Shown here one piece after another: positions 18,209-28,446 of a stretch of 42,297 nucleotides of DNA; the first letter of the stretch is position 1, and each line of letters begins with the position of its first letter. Both the position numbers and the translations under genes were made by a program. This DNA comes from a virus (Duplodnaviria; Caudoviricetes). Location of the stretch: the IMG/VR virus record IMGVR_UViG_3300032212_000039, positions 1-42,297 of that record; one strand, written 5' to 3'. The notes under the pieces were generated by a model that searched no databases, was not told the origin of the DNA, and saw only the letters and a list, made by a program, of their open reading frames with translations.

Positions 18209-21034
18209 ATGCCAAACCCAACACGCATTGAGGATATATACATCCACGGAAATGAACTGGAAAAACTGGAAAAGGATCTGGTTGCGGCTGATATGGCTTA
18301 TACCGAATTCGTCCAAAAGATAAAGCAGACGACCGGCGAAATTGAGGCGGGTATTAAAAAGCTGAATCCTAATCGGAAAAAAGACCAGGAAGCGATCGCC
18401 AAATCCGCAAAGCAAGTCGATCAACTCCAGGCGGCATATAAGAAGTATAATAAATCCTTAGATGAGAATGCGGTCGAGCTGGCAAAAGTCAGAGCAGCCA
18501 CAAGGGAACAAAACCAGATTGCAAAGCTCCAGGCGCAATTAGCAACGTCCGTCGAGGGATCCTATAATAATTTATCCGCTCAATACCGGCTGAATAAAAT
18601 CGAGCTGAATAAGTTAACAGCAGAGGAACGGGAAAACAACAAAGAAGCTAAAGAACTGGAGGAACAGACGAAAGCCATCTTTGAAGAAATGAAGCGGCTC
18701 CAGGAGGCTACCGGCAAGACTAGCTTAAATGTCGGAAACTATGCAGAGGCAATCGACGACGCCACCGGCGGAACGTTGGGATTAAATAAAGTACTGACCT
18801 TAATATCCAAAAACCCATTCATTTTAGTGCTATCGCTTATTGTGGGTTCACTAACAGCACTTTTTAAGGCTTTCCAACGTACCGAAAGAGGTGCACAGTT
18901 ATTCGCTCGTATAACCGGTGTATTATCTGGTATTATGTCGGAGCTAATCGGGTTCGTCGATCGATTCGCTGGAGCAGCTATCGCAGCCTTTGAGGATCCT
19001 AAACAAGCAATGGAGGATTTTAAGGACTTCTTAGTTAGTCAAATCGTTAACCGGTTCCTGGCATTGCCAAAGCTATTAGGAGCCGTAGGAAAAGCATTAA
19101 CGGCGGTTTGGGAACGGGACATGGACAAGTTAAAAGAGGCTGGCGTCGATGCGTTCCAAGCGGTCACACAATCAATAACTGGACTCGATGCGGAGGCACA
19201 AAACAACCTGGTCGAAGCCTTTGCCGAAACTACCAGAGAGGTAATCGCCACGGCTGACGCGATGGGAGATCTCGCCGTCCAGAAAAGGAACCTGGAGAAA
19301 GTAACCGGCGAGTTAGGTGTCGCTTTGGCAAAAACTAATATAGAGCTGGAGAAGCAACGGCTTATTGCGGACGATGGCACCAGGTCATTTAAGGAACGGG
19401 AAGAAGCCAACGAACGGGCACTGGTCCAGCTCCAAAAGTCAGCAGAGATCGAGGTCGCAATCGCTAAGACCAGGTTAGGATTATTGAATACAGAAATCGA
19501 GCTGAGGCGGCGAAACGGTGAGGACGTTTTAGCCCTGGTCGGTCAACAGCTAGACGCGCAAAGGACGCTAGTCGAGGCAGAGGGCCAGCTAACAATCGCC
19601 ATCCTAGAAAACGAAAAGGTACGACGTGAACTGGTCCAAGATAGGCTTGAACGGGATCTGGATATCCTTATCGATGGCGTAGACAATCAGAAGGCCATTA
19701 ATGAACGGCTACTGGCCGACGACCGGCTTACCCTGGAGCAGCGATCGCGGATATTCCGAGAAACGGTCGCCTTATTCAATGGCTCATTCGATAGCCAGAT
19801 TGCAACTATTCAGAAGTTTACCGATCTGCAAATCGATGCTAACGATCTTATCCAAACGTCCGACGCCAGGACGCTAAACTCCAAAATACGGGCGCTTGGA
19901 TTATCGGAGATTATCGAGGGACGATTACTGGAGGTTATCCGCGACCGGCGAACCGGTTTGCAAGATCTTGCAGATGCACAACTAGAACTAGCCCAAAGGA
20001 TCGAGGTGTCCGCATTAGCGGATAATAGATTCACCAATGCACTAACGGTAGGAAATGAAGGCGTAGCGGAAAGGGTAAAACTTTTGAGCGCTCAAAGCAA
20101 ATTAGGGATCGAGGCGGCAAAGGAAAATGCAATGGAGTTGGATTCCTTCCTGAAAGGATTCAGGGAATCTATAAAGCCGGATGAGGACGAAAAGGTCGGA
20201 TTATTCGAGGCGCTTGGATTCGACTTATCAGAAGGGGGAAAAGAGGCTTTAAAATCAGCGTTTGATTTTGCTAAAGATCAGCTTACCGGCTTCTTTGCTA
20301 AACGCGTAGAATTGACTAATAAACTAGTCGATAAGCGGAAAGAAGAAACGGACGACGCTCAAGCGAATTTGGATACTCAGCTGGCATTATTGGAAGCTGG
20401 AGAGACGGCACAAGTCGCCACGGCACAAAGGCAGTTAGAACAAGCGAAAGCCAACCAGGAGAAAGCAGAGGAACAGCAGAGGCGAGCAGCGAAAGCCCAG
20501 GAAAGAATCCAGACGATCCAGCAAACCGGTAATTTGATTACTATGGTTTCGAAGATCTATGGCCAGTTACCGTTCCCCTTTGGCCTGGCCGCTGCCGCCT
20601 TGATGTTGGGATCCTTTACGGCCGCAAAATTGAAAGTCGCAGGACTGACCAGGCGCTTATTCCGTAAAGGAGGTAAGATCGACGTAAAAGGCGGATCCCA
20701 TGAATCCGGAGACGACACATTTATCGGGACACATAACGGGGTGGATAATTACGCTGAGGGAGGCGAGAAAATAGGCATCTTTAGCCGTCAGGCGGTCGCC
20801 AAACATGGACCAGCGATCGACGACGCGATCGACATGTTTAATAATGGTGGATCCGCTCCAGCCGATGTTCGCCAGGTGTATAATATTGGTTCGTCTAACT
20901 ACCAGATACAAACCAGGGCAATGGAAGCGACTTTGAAGTCCATCGATAAAAAGGTTGGGGATAGCACTATAGTAACTCAAGACGGGAAAATCATTCGTGA
21001 ACGCGGTAACCACATAAGCATAACCAATGTATAA
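18209..21034 (+). CDS. Tape measure protein
   Basis: 941 aa, helical Ala/Glu/Lys-rich; GSYN.L..QY and NVGNY motifs; hydrophobic segments; C-terminal GGSH..G motif. Confidence 0.9.
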   Translation: MPNPTRIEDIYIHGNELEKLEKDLVAADMAYTEFVQKIKQTTGEIEAGIKKLNPNRKKDQEAIAKSAKQVDQLQAAYKKYNKSLDENAVELAKVRAATREQNQIAKLQAQLATSVEGSYNNLSAQYRLNKIELNKLTAEERENNKEAKELEEQTKAIFEEMKRLQEATGKTSLNVGNYAEAIDDATGGTLGLNKVLTLISKNPFILVLSLIVGSLTALFKAFQRTERGAQLFARITGVLSGIMSELIGFVDRFAGAAIAAFEDPKQAMEDFKDFLVSQIVNRFLALPKLLGAVGKALTAVWERDMDKLKEAGVDAFQAVTQSITGLDAEAQNNLVEAFAETTREVIATADAMGDLAVQKRNLEKVTGELGVALAKTNIELEKQRLIADDGTRSFKEREEANERALVQLQKSAEIEVAIAKTRLGLLNTEIELRRRNGEDVLALVGQQLDAQRTLVEAEGQLTIAILENEKVRRELVQDRLERDLDILIDGVDNQKAINERLLADDRLTLEQRSRIFRETVALFNGSFDSQIATIQKFTDLQIDANDLIQTSDARTLNSKIRALGLSEIIEGRLLEVIRDRRTGLQDLADAQLELAQRIEVSALADNRFTNALTVGNEGVAERVKLLSAQSKLGIEAAKENAMELDSFLKGFRESIKPDEDEKVGLFEALGFDLSEGGKEALKSAFDFAKDQLTGFFAKRVELTNKLVDKRKEETDDAQANLDTQLALLEAGETAQVATAQRQLEQAKANQEKAEEQQRRAAKAQERIQTIQQTGNLITMVSKIYGQLPFPFGLAAAALMLGSFTAAKLKVAGLTRRLFRKGGKIDVKGGSHESGDDTFIGTHNGVDNYAEGGEKIGIFSRQAVAKHGPAIDDAIDMFNNGGSAPADVRQVYNIGSSNYQIQTRAMEATLKSIDKKVGDSTIVTQDGKIIRERGNHISITNV

Positions 21035-23171
21035 TAAAATTTACCTGGATACCGGATCCGGAGAGGTCGAGCTAAATACCAGCTCTTTGGCTGGCGAGAT
21101 TATTTTCGGCGATGGCTTCTCGATCAATGGCCGTAGAAAAGAAGGCGAGTATTTTTCAACCGAGGATCTATCCGGTCGAGTTGGTTTTATTCGCGGTGCT
21201 TATGCTACCCTGGAGGCTTTGTCGATCGATACCGAATTTACCCTGGTTATGAGATCCGCCGCCACCGGAGATCTACGCTGGATGGGATCCGCCACTTACC
21301 TGGACGGCGAATGGCTGGAAGATCAATGTCGGGTGAATTTTAAATTCGATACGCTGGATGATTACAAGCTAATAGAAGAAGGTCGAGCAAAGAAATTTAA
21401 CCTGGTCGATTTGGGGGCGCAACTTGTTTCGGTTTCTTACACCAAAAGAGCAATCCTACAGGTGTACCTAGCGGGGCACGATTTAATAGCTAACGTGTTT
21501 GGATCCGGAGTCAATGAAGATCAGGAGACAACAGGCCCAGAGACAGACGACGCGGTACTTACAGGCGATTACCATTTCCAATTATCCCAGGAGTACCTTT
21601 ATGTAACCGGGACTCAAAATAGCCCGACGCCGGACGTGTCCGGATTCTATGATATTACTACCCTGGTCCGCCTCGATGGTGTGTATCGTTTCGACATCGT
21701 TTCCCCTATACCGGCAATCGTAGAAGTCGCCACCAGTACCAATGTATACCTAAAGAATAATTTGCTACTTCCTAATTGGAGCGACGATCCGTTTTCGGTT
21801 GGCGATCGTACAAAATGGGGATCCTTATCTGGTGGGCCAATGGTCGAAGCTTTCCAGGTCCGGATCTATAGCCGGTTGCTGACTAACCAGGAGACGATCG
21901 GAGCATCACCGACACTACTCCTAAATAATCCGGATATCGTCGATCAGAACAGCTATACCAGGGCTTTACCGTATGATATCAATGGCCTTGTCCAGATCTC
22001 AGAAGTTGTGCAAACAGATCCAACGAATTTCGGGACGGTAATATCCACCGCTGGAAACAATCCTGGCGAGTACTTTGTCCGACCGGCGGATCTGGCCGGT
22101 GAGCAGTACCAGCCTATAAATCAATTTTCTTGGGAGGCTTTCAGTTTATGGGTTGCTATGGACGGCGCGCTCCGGACTGCACAAAGTCAAGGATCCGAAC
22201 CGGTGACAAATCGGAATAGCTACCGGTTGTCAGATGCTATTAATGTTGTTTTAAAAGCCATTGGAACGACGGTCGACCACCAGGCTTTGTCGATATATTC
22301 AGATTTCTTTTATGGCCTGGCGAATCCCATTAAGACTAACGGAACAATCCCGATTCTGTCAGTAAAAAATGATGTGATAGTCGGGAATTATGACACGGCG
22401 GCAAGGAAAGCAGAGGTAAGTCTAAACGACTTACTTTTGTTATTAAAAGTACACTGGAGGGTTTTTTATTTCGTCAAGGATTCCCGATTCATGTTGGAAC
22501 ATATCGATTTTTTCGAACGCGGGGGATCTTATACGGCGGATAATGTTGGGGCGGACTTCACCACGTTATTGAATAATGAGAATTTACGGCCCTGGTCCTA
22601 TGCTTCAAATACGATAACATACGATAAATCAATCCTAGCCGAAAGGATGGAATTCGGATGGATGGACGATGTTTCGGCCGCTTTCGAAGGGTTCCCGATT
22701 CAGATACTATCGCCATATGTCCAGAAAGGGAATATTGAACAGCTGGAGGTTTCCAGGGTAACGTCGGACCTTGATTTTATTATCTCCCAACCAGGATCGA
22801 TTTCTAAACAGGGATTTGTTATCACTGAATGCACGCAATTAACATCCTCTAGCTATGAGGTGCCGCTTGTTTCGTTCACGGTCGACGGGACTTTTTATAC
22901 TTTGCAAAATGGGTACTGTTCGTTTCTCTATATCCATGAACAGTATTATCAATATCGATTGCCTGGATCGGAGGCAAATCTAAATAATACCGATCGATCC
23001 GGAATATCTACACTTAGAATAAAGGAGCAGACGATTGCCAGAGTACCAGGTACTTTGCCAGATCTTAATTCCTTGGTTACAACCGGCCAGGGAAATGGCC
23101 TGATTGATGAGTACGACGAGAGTGTTTTAAATGGAATTTTGGTAAATCTAAAACTAAAGCATGGCCTTTGA
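21027..23171 (+). CDS. Tail tip / hub protein
   Basis: 714 aa, beta-rich, follows the tape measure; EH..FF..GGSY and F.WMDDV motifs. Confidence 0.7.
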   Translation: MYNKIYLDTGSGEVELNTSSLAGEIIFGDGFSINGRRKEGEYFSTEDLSGRVGFIRGAYATLEALSIDTEFTLVMRSAATGDLRWMGSATYLDGEWLEDQCRVNFKFDTLDDYKLIEEGRAKKFNLVDLGAQLVSVSYTKRAILQVYLAGHDLIANVFGSGVNEDQETTGPETDDAVLTGDYHFQLSQEYLYVTGTQNSPTPDVSGFYDITTLVRLDGVYRFDIVSPIPAIVEVATSTNVYLKNNLLLPNWSDDPFSVGDRTKWGSLSGGPMVEAFQVRIYSRLLTNQETIGASPTLLLNNPDIVDQNSYTRALPYDINGLVQISEVVQTDPTNFGTVISTAGNNPGEYFVRPADLAGEQYQPINQFSWEAFSLWVAMDGALRTAQSQGSEPVTNRNSYRLSDAINVVLKAIGTTVDHQALSIYSDFFYGLANPIKTNGTIPILSVKNDVIVGNYDTAARKAEVSLNDLLLLLKVHWRVFYFVKDSRFMLEHIDFFERGGSYTADNVGADFTTLLNNENLRPWSYASNTITYDKSILAERMEFGWMDDVSAAFEGFPIQILSPYVQKGNIEQLEVSRVTSDLDFIISQPGSISKQGFVITECTQLTSSSYEVPLVSFTVDGTFYTLQNGYCSFLYIHEQYYQYRLPGSEANLNNTDRSGISTLRIKEQTIARVPGTLPDLNSLVTTGQGNGLIDEYDESVLNGILVNLKLKHGL

Positions 23172-24942
23172 ATTTATTACGCAGCCCTCACCGCTCAAGT
23201 GGTACGACTCGTTAGCGCTGAATTATTACAGCCGGTACCAGCATAAGCACCAGGTACCTTATAACGATCCGGTACCACTTAACCAGGTGCCGTCGTTTTC
23301 TTGGGGGCGGGATGTAACGGGAAACCAGATCGTTTATTTTCGTCTGTATAATTGCGAGACGGATTCGATCTCCGATATCACAGCAGAAATTAAAGCTGCT
23401 GGTCTAAGGATCGAGGTGAATTCCGACGGCACCAGGGAAAATATAATTTATCCCGCTACGGTAAAGATCTTAGGAATATCGCTAACAGCTGGTTTTTACT
23501 ATGCTATTATGTCGGACGGTTTGAATACCTGGTATTCGGAACGGTTCAATATGATGAATCCGACAGAATTGAGCCAACATATGAAAATCAGCTATTGCCA
23601 CGGCGATCCGATTAAGTATGGGAATAATGGGGATCTACTGGAGTACAACGATGGGTTTATGAATACGGTGTATTATAAATCCTTGATCCGCTTACCTAGT
23701 TACCAGCTCCAGACCGTTGGCGACGAGCGACAGTCGATCGAATTCTATTCTCAAAAAGTAGCTTACAAGCAGTACACTTTCCAAATACGGGGGCCGGTAT
23801 ACATGTTCGATACACTAATGGCAATCCAGGTTCACGATAAAATAGAGATCGAGTCAGAGGGGATTTATTATCGGGCCTATAATTTCGTTTTGTCCGATCC
23901 GGATTGGGATAACGGCGTCGGTGATATCGGTACGGCGTCGGTAACATTTAGAGCGAATGCTATTGCCATTCAGTCGGCTAGTGAAAACAGCTGTGATTTA
24001 ACGCCAGGGAATTGTATTAGTGTTAATTACGACGTAAAAGCAATCCTTACCGATGGATCTCCGGATTACATTAATTTTAGGTACGACGATGTTAACGGAA
24101 CGAGTCAAGATCTCCAGGATGGCGATTATATTTTAAGATCTCCAGACGGATTACTTGGATCCGTGTTATTGCTACAGCAATACAATTCGGCCGGTCCTGG
24201 TTATACGTCAGCTTTAGCCCTAGTCGGTCAGATTGTGTTTAATGAAAAGTCAGGCGCTTATTACTATTATGAGGGAATAGCGACCGGATGGGTTCTCCCA
24301 CGCGTCACCAGCTGGACGGATGGCACCAAAACATTAGTAGCTGAATCTATCCAGTCGGTGGAAATTGTTAACGAAGTTTATGCCATTGTTTCAGGCGTCG
24401 AAGTGTTTTTGGGATCCTTTTCGTCGGCAGATCTTCAAGCTGGCGTAGTACTTACCGATATGCCAGGCCAGGCTAATTTCGTAATCATCCGTTTAGCTTC
24501 TCCTAAATGTGGGCCTTTTTACGATTCGGTACTTTATCCAATTGTTGTATCCTTGTGTAATATAGTTTCAATCGGGGAATATGGAAGTGAGCAATTAGCA
24601 TCCGCCGGCGGTGCCGTTGCTGGTGAGTATTTCGACCTTAACCTGGCTAACATCTATGGTATGCCAGCGGGTATCGTATTTCAATACATGTCGTCGGATA
24701 TCTATAACGATGATAATTCGGCCAGATTGAACGGATTGCAGGACGGGCAATGTTATGCCTTAGCACTTTCTAATGAATTCGCATTACCTCCAGGCATCGT
24801 CCGGATCCTTTCTCCGACTGTGACCTATGCAAGCGACGCGGAGGCCGGTGTCGGTGGTGTGGCGATCTGGGATCCTTATTCGTTAGCTTTAATTAATATT
24901 TATGGCCTTCCAGCCAATATTCAGAAAATACGTAAATCTTAA
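23161..24942 (+). CDS. Tail protein with three C-terminal ~42-aa repeats
   Basis: Position; Y.S/D..A..GG...G..Y.L...N.YG.P.GI repeated three times. Confidence 0.7.
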   Translation: MAFEFITQPSPLKWYDSLALNYYSRYQHKHQVPYNDPVPLNQVPSFSWGRDVTGNQIVYFRLYNCETDSISDITAEIKAAGLRIEVNSDGTRENIIYPATVKILGISLTAGFYYAIMSDGLNTWYSERFNMMNPTELSQHMKISYCHGDPIKYGNNGDLLEYNDGFMNTVYYKSLIRLPSYQLQTVGDERQSIEFYSQKVAYKQYTFQIRGPVYMFDTLMAIQVHDKIEIESEGIYYRAYNFVLSDPDWDNGVGDIGTASVTFRANAIAIQSASENSCDLTPGNCISVNYDVKAILTDGSPDYINFRYDDVNGTSQDLQDGDYILRSPDGLLGSVLLLQQYNSAGPGYTSALALVGQIVFNEKSGAYYYYEGIATGWVLPRVTSWTDGTKTLVAESIQSVEIVNEVYAIVSGVEVFLGSFSSADLQAGVVLTDMPGQANFVIIRLASPKCGPFYDSVLYPIVVSLCNIVSIGEYGSEQLASAGGAVAGEYFDLNLANIYGMPAGIVFQYMSSDIYNDDNSARLNGLQDGQCYALALSNEFALPPGIVRILSPTVTYASDAEAGVGGVAIWDPYSLALINIYGLPANIQKIRKS

Positions 24943-24945
24943 ACC

Positions 24946-27591
24946 ATGAATTATAAAGCAAAAACTCATTTTAAAGCCGTTTTTAGCTTCTTAGCGGCAT
25001 TTTTTCTTGTTTTGAATCTGTCAGGACAAGTGATGGTAAAAGGTACTGGTATACGGTATTATCAAGGCTATACACTGGCGACCTATGCAACCGCCACCGC
25101 TCCGGAGACAACCTATGGAACAGAAGTCGCTTTTTTTATCGACTTAAACATCTTATGTAAGTGGGATCGAGTGAATAGCATTTGGGTTCCTACTGATAAT
25201 GTTTTATCACAATCGGGGGTTCCTGTTCATACGCCTAATGTTGGCGATCCTATCAATTATTTAGATAAATCAAGTGGGGATTTATATAAATGGGGTGGCG
25301 CGTCTTGGTCTTTAATTGGATCTGGCGCGGCTAGTGTGGTAGTTAGTCGTATAACAAATGTGAAAGACACGACGATTTTAAGTCCTACAACTGGCGACGA
25401 ATGGGTAAATGTTGCTGGTGATACTAGCGGGGTTTATTCTTCGGATCGGTGGCTTATTAGGTCAGGCGGCGGCGGTGGTAATTGGGACCATATAGCAAGC
25501 CAAGAAATAGACTTAGATACGTTTTGGATAAGTCCGGACGGGACAAGCAAAGGAATTCAATTACCGTCTAGTGGTGGGTACATTTATGAATCATTGGTGA
25601 ACGCTACCTATAGAGAGCAAACACTTTTATCTAGTGTAACTCTAACTAAGGGGATTATTGATGATAGCTTCCTGAGTACGCAAATTAGTTTTATTAAGGA
25701 TGCAACTAACCCAAGGTTGGATTTTGCATTTAATGGTATAAGTAATTGGCGAATATTTAAGGATCACTTAGGGGTAATTCCTCCGACTTCTGACCCCGTA
25801 GATATAACTTTTGGCGATAGTTATTTCTATTTATATCCTATACGTTCAGGAGCCGCAGGTACTGGTGATTTAAGATATAAAGACGGCACAAGCGGAACAG
25901 AAAAAACATTAGTTCCGCGCTCTGAGTTACAAGACTCATCGATAGCGATTAGGGCTGATTTTCCAAGTGGTGGCGGTGGCTCACAGGATTTATCTAGTGT
26001 TTTAACACAAGGGAACGACGCAGGGGCGGCAAAAATAACAAACTTAGCATCTCCAACAGATGCGGGGGACGCTGTAAACCTTGGTTACTTTAACGCTAAT
26101 AGTGGAGCGGCGGCGAACTTTGCGGTAGCTCAATCTGGGGTTGTGCCTTTGCCTTATGATAAATCCACACAAACACATAGCAGTAATTTAGGCGCTGGCC
26201 AAATGTGGGGGGAATATGATATTTATATTAACGATAACACTCGTAAGTTTTACTCTTTGATAATCGATGCTGCGGCCATTGATGACATAATAGTATCTTT
26301 TGTTTACCTGTACGATGCTGATAGCATCCTAGTGTTAGAAAGAGATACCGTTACAACCCAAATAGGGCTTAATACTTTCTATTCTAATTCGTTTGATGAA
26401 GAATTCATTGACTTTTCCCTTTATCCTAATGTACACATAACACTATCTTTGACGACATCGGGATCGGTGAAGTATCGAACGATTAGCCCTAAAACGCCAG
26501 GGTTTTCGACATCAAGCAGAACAAGCGTAACATATACAGCAAATAGAGTGTTAGAGTTTGATTTCTGGCAGGAAACATTTGCCTATAAAAGGAATGCTTC
26601 GGTCTTACCAGACTTATCTAACCTGCCAGAGGTTATCGAATGGGGTGAAGAAATATACATTCCACCAGGAACATATACAGTCAACGACCCTATTGTTATT
26701 TCTGAATCTGGAAAGCGTATTTATGGTGTCCCTGGCCAAACAATTATAGAGTTAGCACCAGGTGTAGACAATATATTTGACATAACCACGGCGGGGGTTA
26801 AAGACTTAGAGATATATGGTTTGACCTTAAGAGGCAACGGTTCAACTATCGATATTAATTCTAGCGCCATACTTGGAAATTTAGACAGTATTTACAATCT
26901 ACGAGGCGCGGGCACTGAGGTTGGTATTAAAATAGGCGGTGTTACTGGACCCGCTTTTGTGGAACGGATAAATATTCACGATTGCGTGTTTGAGGACTTC
27001 ACTTATACGGGCATACAAATAATTGCTACGGGGGAAGAGTGGGCTAACGGCGTAAAAATATCAGATAGCTACGCGTTAAATTGTTATGCTGGTGTAGTCT
27101 TCGAAGGTACCGCAGAGTATTCTGCACTGGAGAACTTTAGCGGGAACGGATGTCTAATTGGTGCGGTAGTGTTTTCGAAGAATCTCCTATTCGACAATTG
27201 CCATTTCAATGGGAATCGGGTTGGTTTTTTTTATGGCTCAGATACGGGCGTAAACCCTGGTCATTCTGGTGTGTCTAACAGTACATTTAATCACAATGCA
27301 ATGTATGCCATAGTTACTGAGAATGTAACCTCTGGATTCACCCTAAGTGGTTCTTTTATCTGGTCCTCTGGCCCTGTATATATATACAATACTTCTGGGT
27401 TTCTAATGTCGAACATAAGTTTTAGCAGCGCTGTGATTAGCTTAGAGGGTGGCGGTAGAAACATGATAAGTGATAGTTTTTTTGCAAACACACCCACTAT
27501 AAACGAAGATCAAAACAGTACAACAACAGACATACAACTAAAAAACAATCATTATATGGACGGGAGTAGCAATACGGCAATAAATAATTAA
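24946..27591 (+). CDS. Tail spike/fibre-like protein with C-terminal beta-helix and an apparent Sec signal peptide
   Basis: IYIPPGTY..G..G.T pectin-lyase-like start near aa 570; fibre motif QDLSSVL..GN..ITNLA.PT..GDAVN; N-terminus ...FFLVLNLSG|Q. Confidence 0.75.
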   Translation: MNYKAKTHFKAVFSFLAAFFLVLNLSGQVMVKGTGIRYYQGYTLATYATATAPETTYGTEVAFFIDLNILCKWDRVNSIWVPTDNVLSQSGVPVHTPNVGDPINYLDKSSGDLYKWGGASWSLIGSGAASVVVSRITNVKDTTILSPTTGDEWVNVAGDTSGVYSSDRWLIRSGGGGGNWDHIASQEIDLDTFWISPDGTSKGIQLPSSGGYIYESLVNATYREQTLLSSVTLTKGIIDDSFLSTQISFIKDATNPRLDFAFNGISNWRIFKDHLGVIPPTSDPVDITFGDSYFYLYPIRSGAAGTGDLRYKDGTSGTEKTLVPRSELQDSSIAIRADFPSGGGGSQDLSSVLTQGNDAGAAKITNLASPTDAGDAVNLGYFNANSGAAANFAVAQSGVVPLPYDKSTQTHSSNLGAGQMWGEYDIYINDNTRKFYSLIIDAAAIDDIIVSFVYLYDADSILVLERDTVTTQIGLNTFYSNSFDEEFIDFSLYPNVHITLSLTTSGSVKYRTISPKTPGFSTSSRTSVTYTANRVLEFDFWQETFAYKRNASVLPDLSNLPEVIEWGEEIYIPPGTYTVNDPIVISESGKRIYGVPGQTIIELAPGVDNIFDITTAGVKDLEIYGLTLRGNGSTIDINSSAILGNLDSIYNLRGAGTEVGIKIGGVTGPAFVERINIHDCVFEDFTYTGIQIIATGEEWANGVKISDSYALNCYAGVVFEGTAEYSALENFSGNGCLIGAVVFSKNLLFDNCHFNGNRVGFFYGSDTGVNPGHSGVSNSTFNHNAMYAIVTENVTSGFTLSGSFIWSSGPVYIYNTSGFLMSNISFSSAVISLEGGGRNMISDSFFANTPTINEDQNSTTTDIQLKNNHYMDGSSNTAINN

Positions 27592-27604
27592 AAATATTGC
27601 AATA

Positions 27605-27829
27605 ATGACGCCATTTGAACAATACGCGTTACATACTTGGGCGGGTCTTTTAATAGCGTTCACATCAAAAAAACATGGTCTTGTTTTTGCCGTATTGGCT
27701 GGATTAGGTAAGGAATTACTTGATCAATATATGTATGGCGGCTTTGATGTCGTCGATATGTTATGCACTATTGGCGGCGGATTTCTACAACGGCGATTAA
27801 TTAAGATTTCTTTCACCAAAAAAGACTAA
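27605..27829 (+). CDS. Small membrane protein (YfiM/VanZ-like GKE..D motif)
   Basis: H..AG...GLGKELLD...GFD..DM..T..GG. Confidence 0.6.
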   Translation: MTPFEQYALHTWAGLLIAFTSKKHGLVFAVLAGLGKELLDQYMYGGFDVVDMLCTIGGGFLQRRLIKISFTKKD

Positions 27830-27830
27830 G

Positions 27831-28439
27831 ATGTTTAAACTAATCAAGCGGTTTACATTTCCCATTCTTTTACTCCTGGTTCTGAGTTCTACGGGATGCG
27901 GAAAACATGTACCGGATCAGGAAACGGGATTCGCACTGGTTGAGATCCTCGTAAACGATCACCGATCACGACCTTACGATTTGATTTGGAAGAATGATAA
28001 TAAGATCTCGCAAACATGGTACTTCGACACTAATTGCGCATATGAGCATGGCGACGAAAACCAAAAGGACTGGAATAAGCTTACCGGTCTAGCTTGGGAC
28101 GCGTTTAGTAACCATGTCAATTCGGCAATGGTCGGCTGGAGATGGGATCCGGAATTCGAATTAATGGAGCTTAACGCTTATTACCATGTTGATGGCCAGC
28201 GCACTTTTACTCAGACTTTGATATCGGTTGACCTGGAGGAACATTTTACAATAGCTATTTGTAAGATCAATGACAACCAGGTCGATATTACTATCACCGA
28301 TTCCGAAGGCGTCACCGTTTCCCATTCCCAAGATTTTCCCGCTGGCCTACAGGATAGGTCGCGGGTAATTTGGACCTGGTTTGGTGGAACCTATCCAGCG
28401 CCCCGTTACATGACACTTAGATTTTTCAACCTAAATTAA
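27831..28439 (+). CDS. Predicted lipoprotein, beta-sandwich-like
   Basis: Lipobox-like LSSTG|C; DWNKL.G...H.NSA..GWRW...FGG..PAP motifs. Confidence 0.65.
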   Translation: MFKLIKRFTFPILLLLVLSSTGCGKHVPDQETGFALVEILVNDHRSRPYDLIWKNDNKISQTWYFDTNCAYEHGDENQKDWNKLTGLAWDAFSNHVNSAMVGWRWDPEFELMELNAYYHVDGQRTFTQTLISVDLEEHFTIAICKINDNQVDITITDSEGVTVSHSQDFPAGLQDRSRVIWTWFGGTYPAPRYMTLRFFNLN

Positions 28440-28446
28440 ATAAGCA

